Source: Vicinamibacterales bacterium (GTDB taxonomy: Bacteria > Acidobacteriota > Vicinamibacteria > Vicinamibacterales > 2-12-FULL-66-21). From it: DNA of 64,000 nt. The notes beneath the pieces were generated by a model that worked only from the letters and a program-made list of their open reading frames with translations, was not told where the DNA came from and ran no database searches. The DNA is taken from the NCBI GenBank assembly GCA_035495955.1, contig DATJFE010000070.1:29332-93331 (forward strand), read 5' to 3'. Below are positions 1 to 9,623 of this stretch, in pieces. The position numbers and the translations under genes were made by a program. How positions within the stretch are numbered: position 1 is the first letter of the stretch; every line of letters begins with the position of its first letter.

Positions 1-87
1 GCCACATGATCGCGATCATGGACAGTAGGATTGCAGAATTGATGGGAAGTTCCAAGGGTCCGCGGAACCTCGAACTCCAGCAACGGC

Positions 88-2505
88 TTACCGCAGCAAG
101 AAGACCAGCCGCGGGAAGGCGAACTTGCCCGCGATCGAGTCGATGATGTTGATCTGGCAGGTGTAGAAGCCGGGCGCCAGCGAGCCGGCGGGGACTTCGA
201 GCTGGAAGACGGCGGCCTTGCGCGACGGGTCGTCGATCTGCGCGCGCTCGACGACCGGCGTTTCGTACACCTTCACCTTGCCGCGGTAGAACGCCAGGCT
301 CGTGCGGACGTCGGGCTGTGTCTCGGTGGCCGGATCGTAGACTTCGTAGTAGAAGAACATCTTTTGATCCTTGCCGACGATGTGCGTCAGGTTCGGGATC
401 AGTTGTTCGCCGTTGCGGATGAGCGGGTTGTCCCGTGTCTCCTTCGCCGGCTGGAGCTGCGTGCTCAGCAGGACCGAGCTCACCTTCAACGCCGCCTGCT
501 TCAGCTCCGGTACCGTGACCGGTGCCTCGAACGATCCCATCAGGCCGCTCGTGTTCTCCCGCACCACGACCTTGACGGAAAAGCGTCCGGGCGGCAGCGT
601 CACCGGGGACTGATACAGGATCTGCTTCGACGCCACGGTTCCCGTCGATCCCGCCGGCAGCGGCATCGTCTGGCGGATGCGGCCGACCGGCATGCCGCGT
701 TCGTCGCGGACCATGCCGAGGACGTCGAGCACCAGCTTGTCCTTGTCTTTGTCCGCCGGCACCGGAATCGCCGATCCCGGGACGGCCACGGCAATCGGCA
801 CGAAGTACCGATCCGCGGCGAGGCGGAAGAAGCTTGCGGTGACGAGGACGGGAAGGTCCGTGGCCGAGACGGCGGAGAAGAGCTGCTCCTGAAGCTGCGT
901 CTCGCGATCCGCGCGCGCCGTATGCTGGAAGTCGCGATCGGCATAGTACCCGCCGCGGGCTTCCACCTTCACGCTCGGCTTCTTGACGCGCACCTTGATC
1001 GTGCGGAAGCGGCCGTCCTTCGCGAGATTCGATGTCGCGTAGCCGATCAGGTAATAGGCGGACATGTCGCGCTGGACGCGCTCGAAGGCCGGCGCGAAGT
1101 CGTTGGAATCGAGGAACGCGCGCCCGCCGGTGTCGGACGCGAGCGAGCCGAGCGTATCCTGCGAGGCGTTGAGCTGCGCGAACTGCTGGCGCACGTTCGC
1201 CCCCGAGAAGAGCGACGATCCGCGGCCGCTCTGTCGCGAGGCGTCGCCGCCGGGAGCGATCGCCTGCAGCCCGCGCGTATCGACCGGATAGATCTTCACG
1301 TGCGCGCGGACCGCCGCGTTGATCGCCGACCGCAGCTCGACCTGGTTGTCTTCGCCGCTGCGCTGCATGCCCGCGCTGAAATACATGATCGACTTCGTCT
1401 GCTCGATCGACGTGAGCGTCTCGGCGAGCGCCTTGAGCGCGCGCAGGCGGATGTCGTTGTTGAACATGTCCATGTCCGCCGTGTCCTGCGCGCTCGTGTC
1501 GTCCTGGCTCAGCTGCTCGTCGGTGGCCACGGTGTCCGCCGTCGGCGGCGGCGTCGCGGTGCCCTCCTTGTACCCGAGCTGCGCGAGCGCCGCGGACACT
1601 TTCGTCTTGTCGGACGACAAGTCGGACAGCACGTCGAGGCGCGAGCTGATCGTCGCGACGGCCACCATGTCGGCCGGGGTCATGTTCTTGTCCACGAACG
1701 TCGACGCCGAGTCGACCGCGCGCTGTACGTCTTCCGGCTGCATCGAGCTGATGTCGAACAGGAGGATGATCAGCCTCCGTCCGGCGAGCTGCTCCGACGT
1801 CATTGGTTTAACTTCGCTCGGGTCGGCGCTTCGCGGCGATTCCCTCCGGCCCTCGCCTGCCGGCGTCCGCCGCGTTTCTTCCGCGAGCTTCTCCTTCGCG
1901 GCGCCGAGCAGGTCGGCGGTCTCGATGCCGGCGGGCTTGTCCTTGATCTCCTGGAAGCTGAAACTCCGGATCTCCTGCGGCTTGCCGTCCTCGGTGACCT
2001 CGAAATCGGCGGCCGTCAGTCCGCGGACGACGTTGCCCTGGGCGTCGCGGGCGATGACGTCGACGGACACAAGCTGTGTGTTGGCGCGGAAGACGGGCTT
2101 CTTCTGCGGAGTCTGCGACTCCGTGTGTTCCGCGTAATCCGCGGCAGGAGGCGCCGCGTGCTCCGCGTAATCCGCGGCAGGAGGCGCCGCGTCCTCCGCG
2201 TAATCCGCGGCAGAAGGCGCCGCGTGCTCCGCATAATCCGCGGCAGGAAGCGCGGCGTGCTCCGCGTGATCCGCGGCAGGAGGCGCCGCGTGTTCCGCGT
2301 AATCCGCGGCAGGAAGCGCGGCGTGTTCCGCGTAATCCGCGGCAGGAAGCGCAGCGTGCTCCGCGTGATCCGCGGCAGGAGGCGCGGCGTGCTCCGCGTA
2401 ATCGGCGGCAGGAGGCGCGGCGTGCTCCGCGTAATCGGCGGCAGGGAGCGCCGCGAACACCGCCGCGGCGAGGATCGAAACGACGAGGCGTCTGGCGGCA
2501 GGCAT
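88..2505 (-). CDS. VWA-domain protein (acidobacterial VWFA-related type) with signal peptide and N-terminal 11-aa tandem repeats
   Basis: 805-aa ORF. It has a hydrophobic N-terminus (MPAARRLVVSILAAAVFAAL), then about 10 copies of PAADYAEHAAP. The body has VWA-like segments (RRLIILLFDISSM, SIMYFSAGMQRSG) matching the TIGR03436-type architecture as I remember it. Its ATG overlaps the upstream stop (ATGA at 2503-2507). Confidence 0.8.
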   Translation of the reverse strand: MPAARRLVVSILAAAVFAALPAADYAEHAAPPAADYAEHAAPPAADHAEHAALPAADYAEHAALPAADYAEHAAPPAADHAEHAALPAADYAEHAAPSAADYAEDAAPPAADYAEHAAPPAADYAEHTESQTPQKKPVFRANTQLVSVDVIARDAQGNVVRGLTAADFEVTEDGKPQEIRSFSFQEIKDKPAGIETADLLGAAKEKLAEETRRTPAGEGRRESPRSADPSEVKPMTSEQLAGRRLIILLFDISSMQPEDVQRAVDSASTFVDKNMTPADMVAVATISSRLDVLSDLSSDKTKVSAALAQLGYKEGTATPPPTADTVATDEQLSQDDTSAQDTADMDMFNNDIRLRALKALAETLTSIEQTKSIMYFSAGMQRSGEDNQVELRSAINAAVRAHVKIYPVDTRGLQAIAPGGDASRQSGRGSSLFSGANVRQQFAQLNASQDTLGSLASDTGGRAFLDSNDFAPAFERVQRDMSAYYLIGYATSNLAKDGRFRTIKVRVKKPSVKVEARGGYYADRDFQHTARADRETQLQEQLFSAVSATDLPVLVTASFFRLAADRYFVPIAVAVPGSAIPVPADKDKDKLVLDVLGMVRDERGMPVGRIRQTMPLPAGSTGTVASKQILYQSPVTLPPGRFSVKVVVRENTSGLMGSFEAPVTVPELKQAALKVSSVLLSTQLQPAKETRDNPLIRNGEQLIPNLTHIVGKDQKMFFYYEVYDPATETQPDVRTSLAFYRGKVKVYETPVVERAQIDDPSRKAAVFQLEVPAGSLAPGFYTCQINIIDSIAGKFAFPRLVFLLR
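2125..2454 (-). repeat. In-frame 33-bp tandem repeat, 10 copies, encoding (A-E-H-A-A-P-P-A-A-D-Y)n
   Basis: The unit gtgctccgcgtaatccgcggcaggaggcgccgc is repeated head-to-tail 10 times with a few substitutions. The period is 33, a multiple of 3, so the array stays in frame inside the VWA ORF. Confidence 0.95.
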
Positions 2506-5500
2506 CAGAAACGGAACCGCAGATTGAGCTGGGCCGACCGCGCCGCGCCGAAGCGCGTCACCTGGCCGAACTGCGTGGTGTTGACGTTCACGTTGATCGC
2601 GGCGAAGTTTTCCGTGTTGAGAATGTTCGAGAAGTTGGCCTGGAGCGTGAATGCGCGGTTGTTCTTCATCCGGATGTCTCGTGAGAGCTGCGCGTTCAGC
2701 ACGCTGGTGCTCGGTCCCGTGATGCTGTTGCGGCCCGCGTCGCCGAACTGGCCAGGCTGCGGCGCCGTGAAGGCCGCCGGATTGAAGAAATAGGGGAACG
2801 CCAGCCCGCTCGCGAACAGCGGCACGCCGGGCACGACGTCAGCCCGCAGCGATCCGTTGCTGCCGCGCGCGATGTCGGTGATGCCGCCGAGCACGATGGG
2901 CGTGAGCGGCGTGCCCGTCTGGAACGCATAGTTCGCCGCGCCGCGCCAGCCGCCGAGGATCGCGGCCCACACGCCGCCGCCGTGCAGCCACGGCTTGTTC
3001 GGGCCGAAGGGCAGCTCGAACGATAGATTTCCGCTCACCTGGTGCCGGCGATCGAAGCTGGAGAGCGAGTACTCCGCGAGCAGATCCTGATCGTTCTGCG
3101 CGACGGTCGTTCCGCCGCCGCCCGTGGTCGACGCATCGTCCATCGACTTCGCGAGCGTGTAAGTGACGGAGCCGCCGATGCCTTTCACCATGCGGCGCTG
3201 CAGCCGTATGCTGCCGGCGTTGAGCACCGAGACGCCCTGCGATGTCTGATAGGTGAACGCCTGGATCGTCGGGATCTTCAGTCCGGTCGGGGTGCGATTC
3301 GGCGCGCGGACGATGTCGAGGCTGCCGCCGGTCGTGCGCGTGTAGCCGCCGCCGACAAGCCATGCCTGCGTCAGATCCTTCTGCACGTCCGCGTTCCAGG
3401 TCTGGACGCGCCCGAGCTGATAGTTCGGATCGACGCCGTAGTTGTTCTGGAGCACGTTGCTGACGCCCGCCAGCACATTCGCGATCACCAGCGGCGGCGC
3501 GCCCTGCCCCGCCGTGACGGTGTCGGAGAACGCAAACGGCGGCTGGACCGCGAGCTGGCGCGCGATCGTCGAGTACGAGCCGGAGTTGTAGGCGATGCCG
3601 TAGCCGCCGCGGACGACGAGGCCGGGCTGTACGCGGTAGGCGAACGCCAGGCGCGGCCCGACGTTGTTGATATCCGGCCTCAGGATGCCTTTCGGGAAGA
3701 CGCCCGTGAACGGACCCGTCTGTCCGGCCTGAACCGGCGCGACCGCGGTGAATGTCGGGTTGACGTCGAGATCCACGAGCTGCCCGTTCACTTCCGTGAA
3801 CGGATAAATCAGCTCGTAGCGGACACCGAGATTGAATGTGAGCTTCGAATTGAACCGCCAGTCGTCCTGGACGAAGAGGCTGCCGGACTTGCCGCGCAGC
3901 CGCACGTTTTCCGGTCCGTAGTGCTGCGTCACCGACTGCGGCAGGCCGAGCAGGAAGTCGGCGAAGTCGAGCCCGGAGCCCCGCGGCGGCTGGAGGCCGC
4001 CCGCTGAGTAGAGGCCGGAGAACACGAACGAGCCGTTCGGCGATGCGTCCGTCTGGCTGCTCGTGCGATCGAGCCGGAAGTCGCCGCCGGCGCGCAGCAG
4101 ATGCGTCTTCCACGGCTGCGTCCAGGCGTACGACAGCGTCAGGCGCCTGTCGGTCCGGCGCGACGGCGTCAGATCGCGCAGCCCCTGGAAATTCGAGAAC
4201 GACAGGCTCGGCACGCCGTAGTCGAACGGATTGGTGACGCCCGTGTAGATGCCGGCTTCGGTCGCGACATCCTCGATGCCGCTGAAATGATTCGTGGCAC
4301 TCGACGAGGTCGCCGAGAAATTGACGCTGATCGCGTGCATCGTCCGCTTGTGGCGGATGTTGAACGAGATCGGCACGGCCAGGCTGCGGCTCGACGTGTG
4401 GCCGCCCAAAGCGGGCAGGACGTTGATCGAATCGGCGTCGCTGCGGCGGTATTGGAGCTGTGCCGTCATGTTGACGCTCGTGCCGGTGGCATTTGCGTTG
4501 CGGCCGCCCCCGCGGCCGCCGCCGAACCCGCCGCCGCCGCGCCCGCCGCGCCCGCCGCCGCCGGCGACGGCCGGCGTGAAGTTCTGCGTCACGCGCACGT
4601 TGATCGTGTCGTTCGCCGTGCCGTAGTTCGCGACGTTGTGAAAGTTCAGCGTGGAGCCGTCCAGGTTCGGCGCCGGAATGAAGCGCAGCAGCGTCTGCGC
4701 CGCCTGCGAGATCTGCGAGGCCGGTATCTGGTTGTTCGCAAACGGCAGTCCGGTCGAGGGGTCGATGAGCGCCACGCCCGCGGCGGAGAAGTCGCCGGCG
4801 CGTTCCGCCGCCGTCGGTACCGTCGCGTACTGATCGAAGAGGTTGTTGTTGTGCGTCCCGCTGTAGGTCAGGATGAAATTGGTCTTGCGCGTGCCGTCGT
4901 AGACGCCCGGGATCTTGACGGGACCGCCGATCGTCGCGCCGTAGCTGTTCCTGGTGTACGGCTTGACCGTCTGGCCTTCCTGGAGTTGGAACGGCTTCGC
5001 GTCGAGCACCGATCCGCCGAAGCTGTAGTTCGTCGTCCCCGAGTAGCGGTTCTGCTGTCCGCCGCGCCCGCCGAGAAAGAAGCCGCCGCCGTCGCCGCCG
5101 CGCCCGCCGCCGGGTCCGCCCGGTCCTCCGCGTCCGCCGAAACCGCCCGGGCCGCCGCGCCCTTCCTGTCCGCGCCCGCCGGGACCTCCGGGGCCGCCGC
5201 GCCCGCCGGGGCCCTGTCCGTCGCCGAAGCCCGCACCGCCGAGCGCGTTGTTGAATTCGCCGGTCGCGGGATCGAACATGCCGCGGCCGATCGCATCGAA
5301 GCGATCGTTCATCATGCCGCGATCGAGGCTCGCCGCGTTTCCGTTCAGCGCGATGGCGTCAGACGGCGCGTCGCTCGAAAATCCCGGGGGCAGCAAAAGG
5401 CGCGTCGCCGCGGCTTCCTCCGCGGGCGTCGTTTCCGCCGCCTGCGCCGCTGCGGCATCTCCCTGCGGCTGCACCTGCACTCGCTGGCTCCCAGGTTGGG

Positions 5501-5957
5501 CGGCAGGCTGCGCTCCGCGGCCGCCTCCGGGCGCAGCGGCGACCGCGGTCTGCTGGGGCGCGCGCGGATTGGCCGCGAGCGCCTGCCGAGCGGTAAGGTT
5601 CATGGAGATGTTCACCGTCTGTCCGCAGGCGGCATCGGCCGCCACCGTAATCGTCTGCTCGACGCGATCGAAGCCCGTCAGGTCGGCGGTGATCGTGTAT
5701 TGTCCCGCCGGCAGATTGACGGCATAGCCGCCATCCGCGTCGGTCGAGGTCGCGATGCGAAGCGTCTGACCGGTTTTCACCGCAACGGCTACACCCGGAA
5801 GGGGAACCGCGCCGCTGGCGGCATGTCCCGCGATCCGGCAGGTGCCTGGCTGAGATCCCTGCAACGCGTCGGCATCAAAGGGCATAACGCAGGCCAGAAC
5901 GAGCGCCAGGGCCGCGCCGGCGGGCGCAGCACGCCGAAAGGTGTAGGAAGGTATCAC
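2505..5957 (-). CDS. CarboxypepD_reg-domain / TonB-dependent-receptor-like outer-membrane beta-barrel protein
   Basis: 1150-aa ORF with a signal-like N-terminus. The N-terminal domain resembles a carboxypeptidase regulatory domain (GVAVAVKTGQTLRIATSTDADGGYAVNLPAGQYTITADLTGF). A long barrel-like region follows and ends in the typical aromatic terminus (LNLRFRF). Confidence 0.85.
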   Translation of the reverse strand: MIPSYTFRRAAPAGAALALVLACVMPFDADALQGSQPGTCRIAGHAASGAVPLPGVAVAVKTGQTLRIATSTDADGGYAVNLPAGQYTITADLTGFDRVEQTITVAADAACGQTVNISMNLTARQALAANPRAPQQTAVAAAPGGGRGAQPAAQPGSQRVQVQPQGDAAAAQAAETTPAEEAAATRLLLPPGFSSDAPSDAIALNGNAASLDRGMMNDRFDAIGRGMFDPATGEFNNALGGAGFGDGQGPGGRGGPGGPGGRGQEGRGGPGGFGGRGGPGGPGGGRGGDGGGFFLGGRGGQQNRYSGTTNYSFGGSVLDAKPFQLQEGQTVKPYTRNSYGATIGGPVKIPGVYDGTRKTNFILTYSGTHNNNLFDQYATVPTAAERAGDFSAAGVALIDPSTGLPFANNQIPASQISQAAQTLLRFIPAPNLDGSTLNFHNVANYGTANDTINVRVTQNFTPAVAGGGGRGGRGGGGFGGGRGGGRNANATGTSVNMTAQLQYRRSDADSINVLPALGGHTSSRSLAVPISFNIRHKRTMHAISVNFSATSSSATNHFSGIEDVATEAGIYTGVTNPFDYGVPSLSFSNFQGLRDLTPSRRTDRRLTLSYAWTQPWKTHLLRAGGDFRLDRTSSQTDASPNGSFVFSGLYSAGGLQPPRGSGLDFADFLLGLPQSVTQHYGPENVRLRGKSGSLFVQDDWRFNSKLTFNLGVRYELIYPFTEVNGQLVDLDVNPTFTAVAPVQAGQTGPFTGVFPKGILRPDINNVGPRLAFAYRVQPGLVVRGGYGIAYNSGSYSTIARQLAVQPPFAFSDTVTAGQGAPPLVIANVLAGVSNVLQNNYGVDPNYQLGRVQTWNADVQKDLTQAWLVGGGYTRTTGGSLDIVRAPNRTPTGLKIPTIQAFTYQTSQGVSVLNAGSIRLQRRMVKGIGGSVTYTLAKSMDDASTTGGGGTTVAQNDQDLLAEYSLSSFDRRHQVSGNLSFELPFGPNKPWLHGGGVWAAILGGWRGAANYAFQTGTPLTPIVLGGITDIARGSNGSLRADVVPGVPLFASGLAFPYFFNPAAFTAPQPGQFGDAGRNSITGPSTSVLNAQLSRDIRMKNNRAFTLQANFSNILNTENFAAINVNVNTTQFGQVTRFGAARSAQLNLRFRF

Positions 5958-6034
5958 CGTCAGTCTGAATACGCCACCGGACCGCCAGAGGTTTAGCGCA
6001 TAATCCGGGCCACACTATTGTCACAGGAGATGCG

Positions 6035-6817
6035 ATGACGCGCTTGCTACTTTCCACCCTCGCCGCCGCGGCGCTGACGGCTCAGAATCCGGCGCCTGCC
6101 CAGTCTCCGGCGGTCGATACCACGTGTCCGGAGATGGCGGTCGCCGTTCAAGCCGCCGTCCGCGACGCCACGCGACTGCGCGACTGGCCGCAGCTCGGCC
6201 GCTATCGCGAGATGAACCGCGACCTCCCCGCGCCGGCGGCCGGCGCGGCGCGCGTCGTCTTCATGGGCGACTCGATCACCGATCTCTGGCAGCAGCCGCG
6301 CTTCGGCGGCTTCTTCCCCGGCAAGCCCTACGTCGATCGCGGCATCAGCGGACAGACGACGCCCCAGATGCTGATCCGCTTCCGTCCCGACGTGATCGAG
6401 CTGAAGCCGAAGGCTGTCGTGATTCTCGCCGGCACGAACGACATCGCCGGCAACACCGGTCCGATGACCGACGAGGACATCGAGCGCAACCTCGAATCGA
6501 TGGCGGAGCTCGCGAAGGCGCACGGCATCAAAGTGGTCCTCGCCAGCATCACTCCGACCAGCGCCTACCACACGGCCGAACGCGCTGTCCCGCAGACGAC
6601 CTCGCGGCCGATGGAACGCATCACGACGATCAACGACTGGATGAAGCGCTACGCGGCCGCGAACGGCCACGTCTACCTGGATTATTTCTCCGCGATGGTC
6701 GATCAGTCGGGCGTGATGAAGGCGGAGCTGACGGCGGACGATCTGCACCCGAACGCGGCCGGCTACGCCATCATGGGGCCGCTGGCCGAGGCCGCCATCG
6801 CGAAGGCGCTTCGCTGA
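6035..6817 (+). CDS. SGNH/GDSL-family hydrolase (secreted)
   Basis: 260 aa with a signal-like N-terminus. The GDSI block (VVFMGDSITDLW), GTNDIAG block and DDLHPNAAGY block (Asp-x-x-His) are all present. Confidence 0.85.
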   Translation: MTRLLLSTLAAAALTAQNPAPAQSPAVDTTCPEMAVAVQAAVRDATRLRDWPQLGRYREMNRDLPAPAAGAARVVFMGDSITDLWQQPRFGGFFPGKPYVDRGISGQTTPQMLIRFRPDVIELKPKAVVILAGTNDIAGNTGPMTDEDIERNLESMAELAKAHGIKVVLASITPTSAYHTAERAVPQTTSRPMERITTINDWMKRYAAANGHVYLDYFSAMVDQSGVMKAELTADDLHPNAAGYAIMGPLAEAAIAKALR

Positions 6818-6824
6818 GACGCGC

Positions 6825-9548
6825 CTAAGCCCGCAAGACTTTGACGGGGTCGACAGCCGCGGCTCTCCTCGCCGGGACGATGGTCGCGACCGCGGCGACC
6901 CCGAGTAGCAGCGCCGCGACGGCGCCGAAGCTGAGGGCGTCGTGCGCCGTCACGCCGTAGAGGAATCTTTCGAGCGCCTTCGACACCCAGTACGCGGCGA
7001 TCAGTCCTGTCGCGACTCCAACAGAAGCGATCGTCATCGACTGCGCCACGACGAGGCGCACGATGTCGTGCACCTGCGCGCCGAGGGCGGAGCGGACGCC
7101 AATCTCGCGCGCGCGCTGCGCCACGCTGTAGGACAGCACGCCGAAGAGCCCCACGCCCGCGATCGCCAGCGCGAACGCCGCGAAGGTGCCGAGCAACACC
7201 GCGTAGAGCCGCGGTTTCGAGAGACTGTCCGCGACGCGATCGCGCATCGTCATGACGGACTCGAGCGGCGCGCCCGGAGCGGCGCCGGCCACGATCGCGC
7301 GCAGCGACGGGGTCAGCGGACGCGGGTCATCGATCGTGCGGACAATCAGATGGAGATCGCTCGCGAGAATGCGCTGCGTGGAGCTCGCGTCGGGCCGCCG
7401 CGACACCACGTAATAGACCTCGGGCAGCGGCGCGTCCGTCACGTCATGACGGACGGTGTCCTCCACGACGCCGACGATCGGCCGGCCGGTCTCGAGGCGG
7501 ACCTTGTTCTTCAGCGTGAGGGGCAAGCCCCACCCGAGCGCGCGTCCCTCGAGGTACTTGCGCGAGAACTCGCGATTCACGATCACGACTTGCTCTTCGC
7601 CGACCGTGTCCGCGTCGGTGAAGCCGCGGCCCTCGACGACCCGCTGGCCCATGGCGGCGAAGTATCCCGGACTCACCTGGCGGATACCCGTCTGCACCTG
7701 GATGGAGCTGCCATCGCGGCGTTTGACGGGGAACGACGACAATGATTCGCCGCTGGTGAACGGCGTCGAGTTCGCGTATCCGACCTGCCGCACGCCGGGC
7801 GCGGCAGACAGCCGGTGGACGATGTCGTCCAGGATCGCCAGGCGCCGTTCCGGCTTGTAGTCGCCATCCGGCAGCACGAGATGCGCGGTCAACACGTTCG
7901 TCGCGTCGTAACCCAGGTTTGCGTTCAACAGCGAGACGAAACTGCGCGCCAGCAGCAGCGCGCCGACCAGCAGTACCGACGCGATGGCGACCTGGCCCGC
8001 CATGATCGCGGCGCGCGCGCGGGAGGTTCGCGTCCGCAGGCCGCCGCCCGCCGAGGCGAGCGCATCTTCGCCGAGTGCGGGCACGACGCTCGCGCCGGCG
8101 ACGTGCAGCGCGGGCAGCAGGCCGCAGCCGAGGCCCGCGGCGAGCGACATCGCGATCGCGAAGGTCTGGATCCGCCAGTCGAACGCGAGATCCTGCAGTC
8201 TCGGAAAATTCGCGGGGAGGATCGCGGGAAGCACGCGGTGCATCGCCGCCGCGAGCGCCAGGCCCGCGAGGCCGCCGAACGCGCCGAGCACGACGTTCTC
8301 CACGAGCGTCTGTCGGACGAGGCGCGCCCGCGCGGCGCCGAGCGCGGCGCGGATCGCCATCTCGCGGCGCCGTCCGGTCGCCCGCGCCAGTTGCAGGCTC
8401 GCCACGTTGGCCGTCGCCGTCACGAGCAGAAGCACGACGGCCGCCAGCAGGATCAGGATCGCGGGTTTCACATCGCTCGTCAGCGCGTCGAGCATCGGCG
8501 TCACCGTCACGTCGACCGGGCCGTTGCTGCCCCACACGGCCATCGCGACGACGCCGGGATCCGGAACGCTCCGTCCTCGCGCGGTGCCTTCAGAGGCCGC
8601 CTGCTGCGGCGTGGCGCCCGGCCGCAGCCGCCCGATCGCCTGGAAGATGGAGATCATGAAGCCGTCGCGGCCCGGCCGCGTCACGGGCTCGACGTAAAAG
8701 GGCGTCCACGCGCGCGTCTCGCGATCCGGGAACACGAACGAGGCCGGCATCACGCCGACGATCGTGTAGGTGGTCGCGTCGAGTCTCAGCGGCGCGCCAA
8801 TCGCGTCGGGGCGTCCGCCGAACTGCTGCTGCCAGAAACCATATGAAAGAATCACGATCGATGGCTTGCCCGGCTGGCCGTCGCCGGGCGCGAAGCCGCG
8901 GCCGATCGCGGGCGCGACACCGAGCAGCGGAAAGAGCGAGGGCGTGACGTCGGCGATCGTGATTCGCGGCGCGCCGCTGCCCGGGATCGCGACCTGCTCG
9001 ATCGACCATGCGCCGAGGCCGTCGAGCGTAGTGGAAGGCTTTTCTTCCCACGCGCGATACGTCAGGTTGGTCATCGTCGGACGGAGGCGGCGCGTGCTGC
9101 CCTGCCGCGTTTCGTAGAGCCGCACCAGCCGCGGCGCGCCGGCCCACGGGAGCGGCTTCAACAGCACGCCATAGGCGACGCTCCCGAGCACCGTCGTTGC
9201 CGCGATACCCAGCGCCATCGTTGCGATGACGAGGGCGGCGTAGCCGGGCTGCTTGCGGAGCAGGCGCCATGCGTAGCGCGCGTCCTGAAGGACCGATCCG
9301 ACGACGCCGGCGGTGCCCGCGGGAGGCACGACGGCGGGTTCGCGGCGCGGCCGGCGCGTCAGGCTCGCGGGATCGCCGACCCACGCCGCGATTTGCGTGT
9401 CGACGCGCCGCATCGCGTCTACGGCGTCGCAGCCTTCCGCGCGCGCTGCCGCATACGTCGCCGCGGCGTGTTCCGCAAGTTCTTCGAGGACGTCTTCGTC
9501 GAGCTGAGTCGGGCGGAAAGCGTCGTTGAGCCGCGTCTTCCAATTCAT
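6825..9548 (-). CDS. ADOP-type duplicated FtsX/MacB-like ABC permease with N-terminal cytoplasmic prefix domain
   Basis: 907 aa. It has an N-terminal soluble prefix (MNWKTRLNDAFRP...), then a hallmark TM1 (GYAALVIATMALGIAATT) and a large periplasmic domain. Two FtsX-like 4-helix modules each carry an R-x-R-E-I-G/A-I/V-R motif (RRREMAIRAALGA and RAREIGVRSALGA). The gene lies directly downstream of padR. Confidence 0.85.
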   Translation of the reverse strand: MNWKTRLNDAFRPTQLDEDVLEELAEHAAATYAAARAEGCDAVDAMRRVDTQIAAWVGDPASLTRRPRREPAVVPPAGTAGVVGSVLQDARYAWRLLRKQPGYAALVIATMALGIAATTVLGSVAYGVLLKPLPWAGAPRLVRLYETRQGSTRRLRPTMTNLTYRAWEEKPSTTLDGLGAWSIEQVAIPGSGAPRITIADVTPSLFPLLGVAPAIGRGFAPGDGQPGKPSIVILSYGFWQQQFGGRPDAIGAPLRLDATTYTIVGVMPASFVFPDRETRAWTPFYVEPVTRPGRDGFMISIFQAIGRLRPGATPQQAASEGTARGRSVPDPGVVAMAVWGSNGPVDVTVTPMLDALTSDVKPAILILLAAVVLLLVTATANVASLQLARATGRRREMAIRAALGAARARLVRQTLVENVVLGAFGGLAGLALAAAMHRVLPAILPANFPRLQDLAFDWRIQTFAIAMSLAAGLGCGLLPALHVAGASVVPALGEDALASAGGGLRTRTSRARAAIMAGQVAIASVLLVGALLLARSFVSLLNANLGYDATNVLTAHLVLPDGDYKPERRLAILDDIVHRLSAAPGVRQVGYANSTPFTSGESLSSFPVKRRDGSSIQVQTGIRQVSPGYFAAMGQRVVEGRGFTDADTVGEEQVVIVNREFSRKYLEGRALGWGLPLTLKNKVRLETGRPIVGVVEDTVRHDVTDAPLPEVYYVVSRRPDASSTQRILASDLHLIVRTIDDPRPLTPSLRAIVAGAAPGAPLESVMTMRDRVADSLSKPRLYAVLLGTFAAFALAIAGVGLFGVLSYSVAQRAREIGVRSALGAQVHDIVRLVVAQSMTIASVGVATGLIAAYWVSKALERFLYGVTAHDALSFGAVAALLLGVAAVATIVPARRAAAVDPVKVLRA

Positions 9549-9623
9549 GAAAGGTCAGCCTTCATCAGTGCTCGCGAGATCCCACCCCCGCCCGCTCTCG
9601 CGCGTCTTGGGGGTCGGGAGTTG

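Noticed and set aside
364-2793. 809-aa plus-strand ORF, and many other long ORFs lying antisense to or out of frame with confident genes. Examples are 2839-4113, 4101-5996, 7444-8535, 11131-13263, 18261-19961, 22159-24282, 28564-30759, 40754-43255, 57272-59206 and 60569-62500.
   Set aside because: These are shadow ORFs typical of very GC-rich DNA. Their translations are Arg/Pro/Gly/Ala-rich with no recognisable motifs. Each one overlaps a gene with strong family signatures on the other strand or frame.
9549-9623. Imperfect GC-rich inverted repeats between padR and the downstream permease gene, considered as an attenuator or terminator
   Set aside because: The stems are short (7 bp, CGCGAGA/TCTCGCG) and imperfect. 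The two genes are expected to be co-transcribed. The evidence is insufficient.
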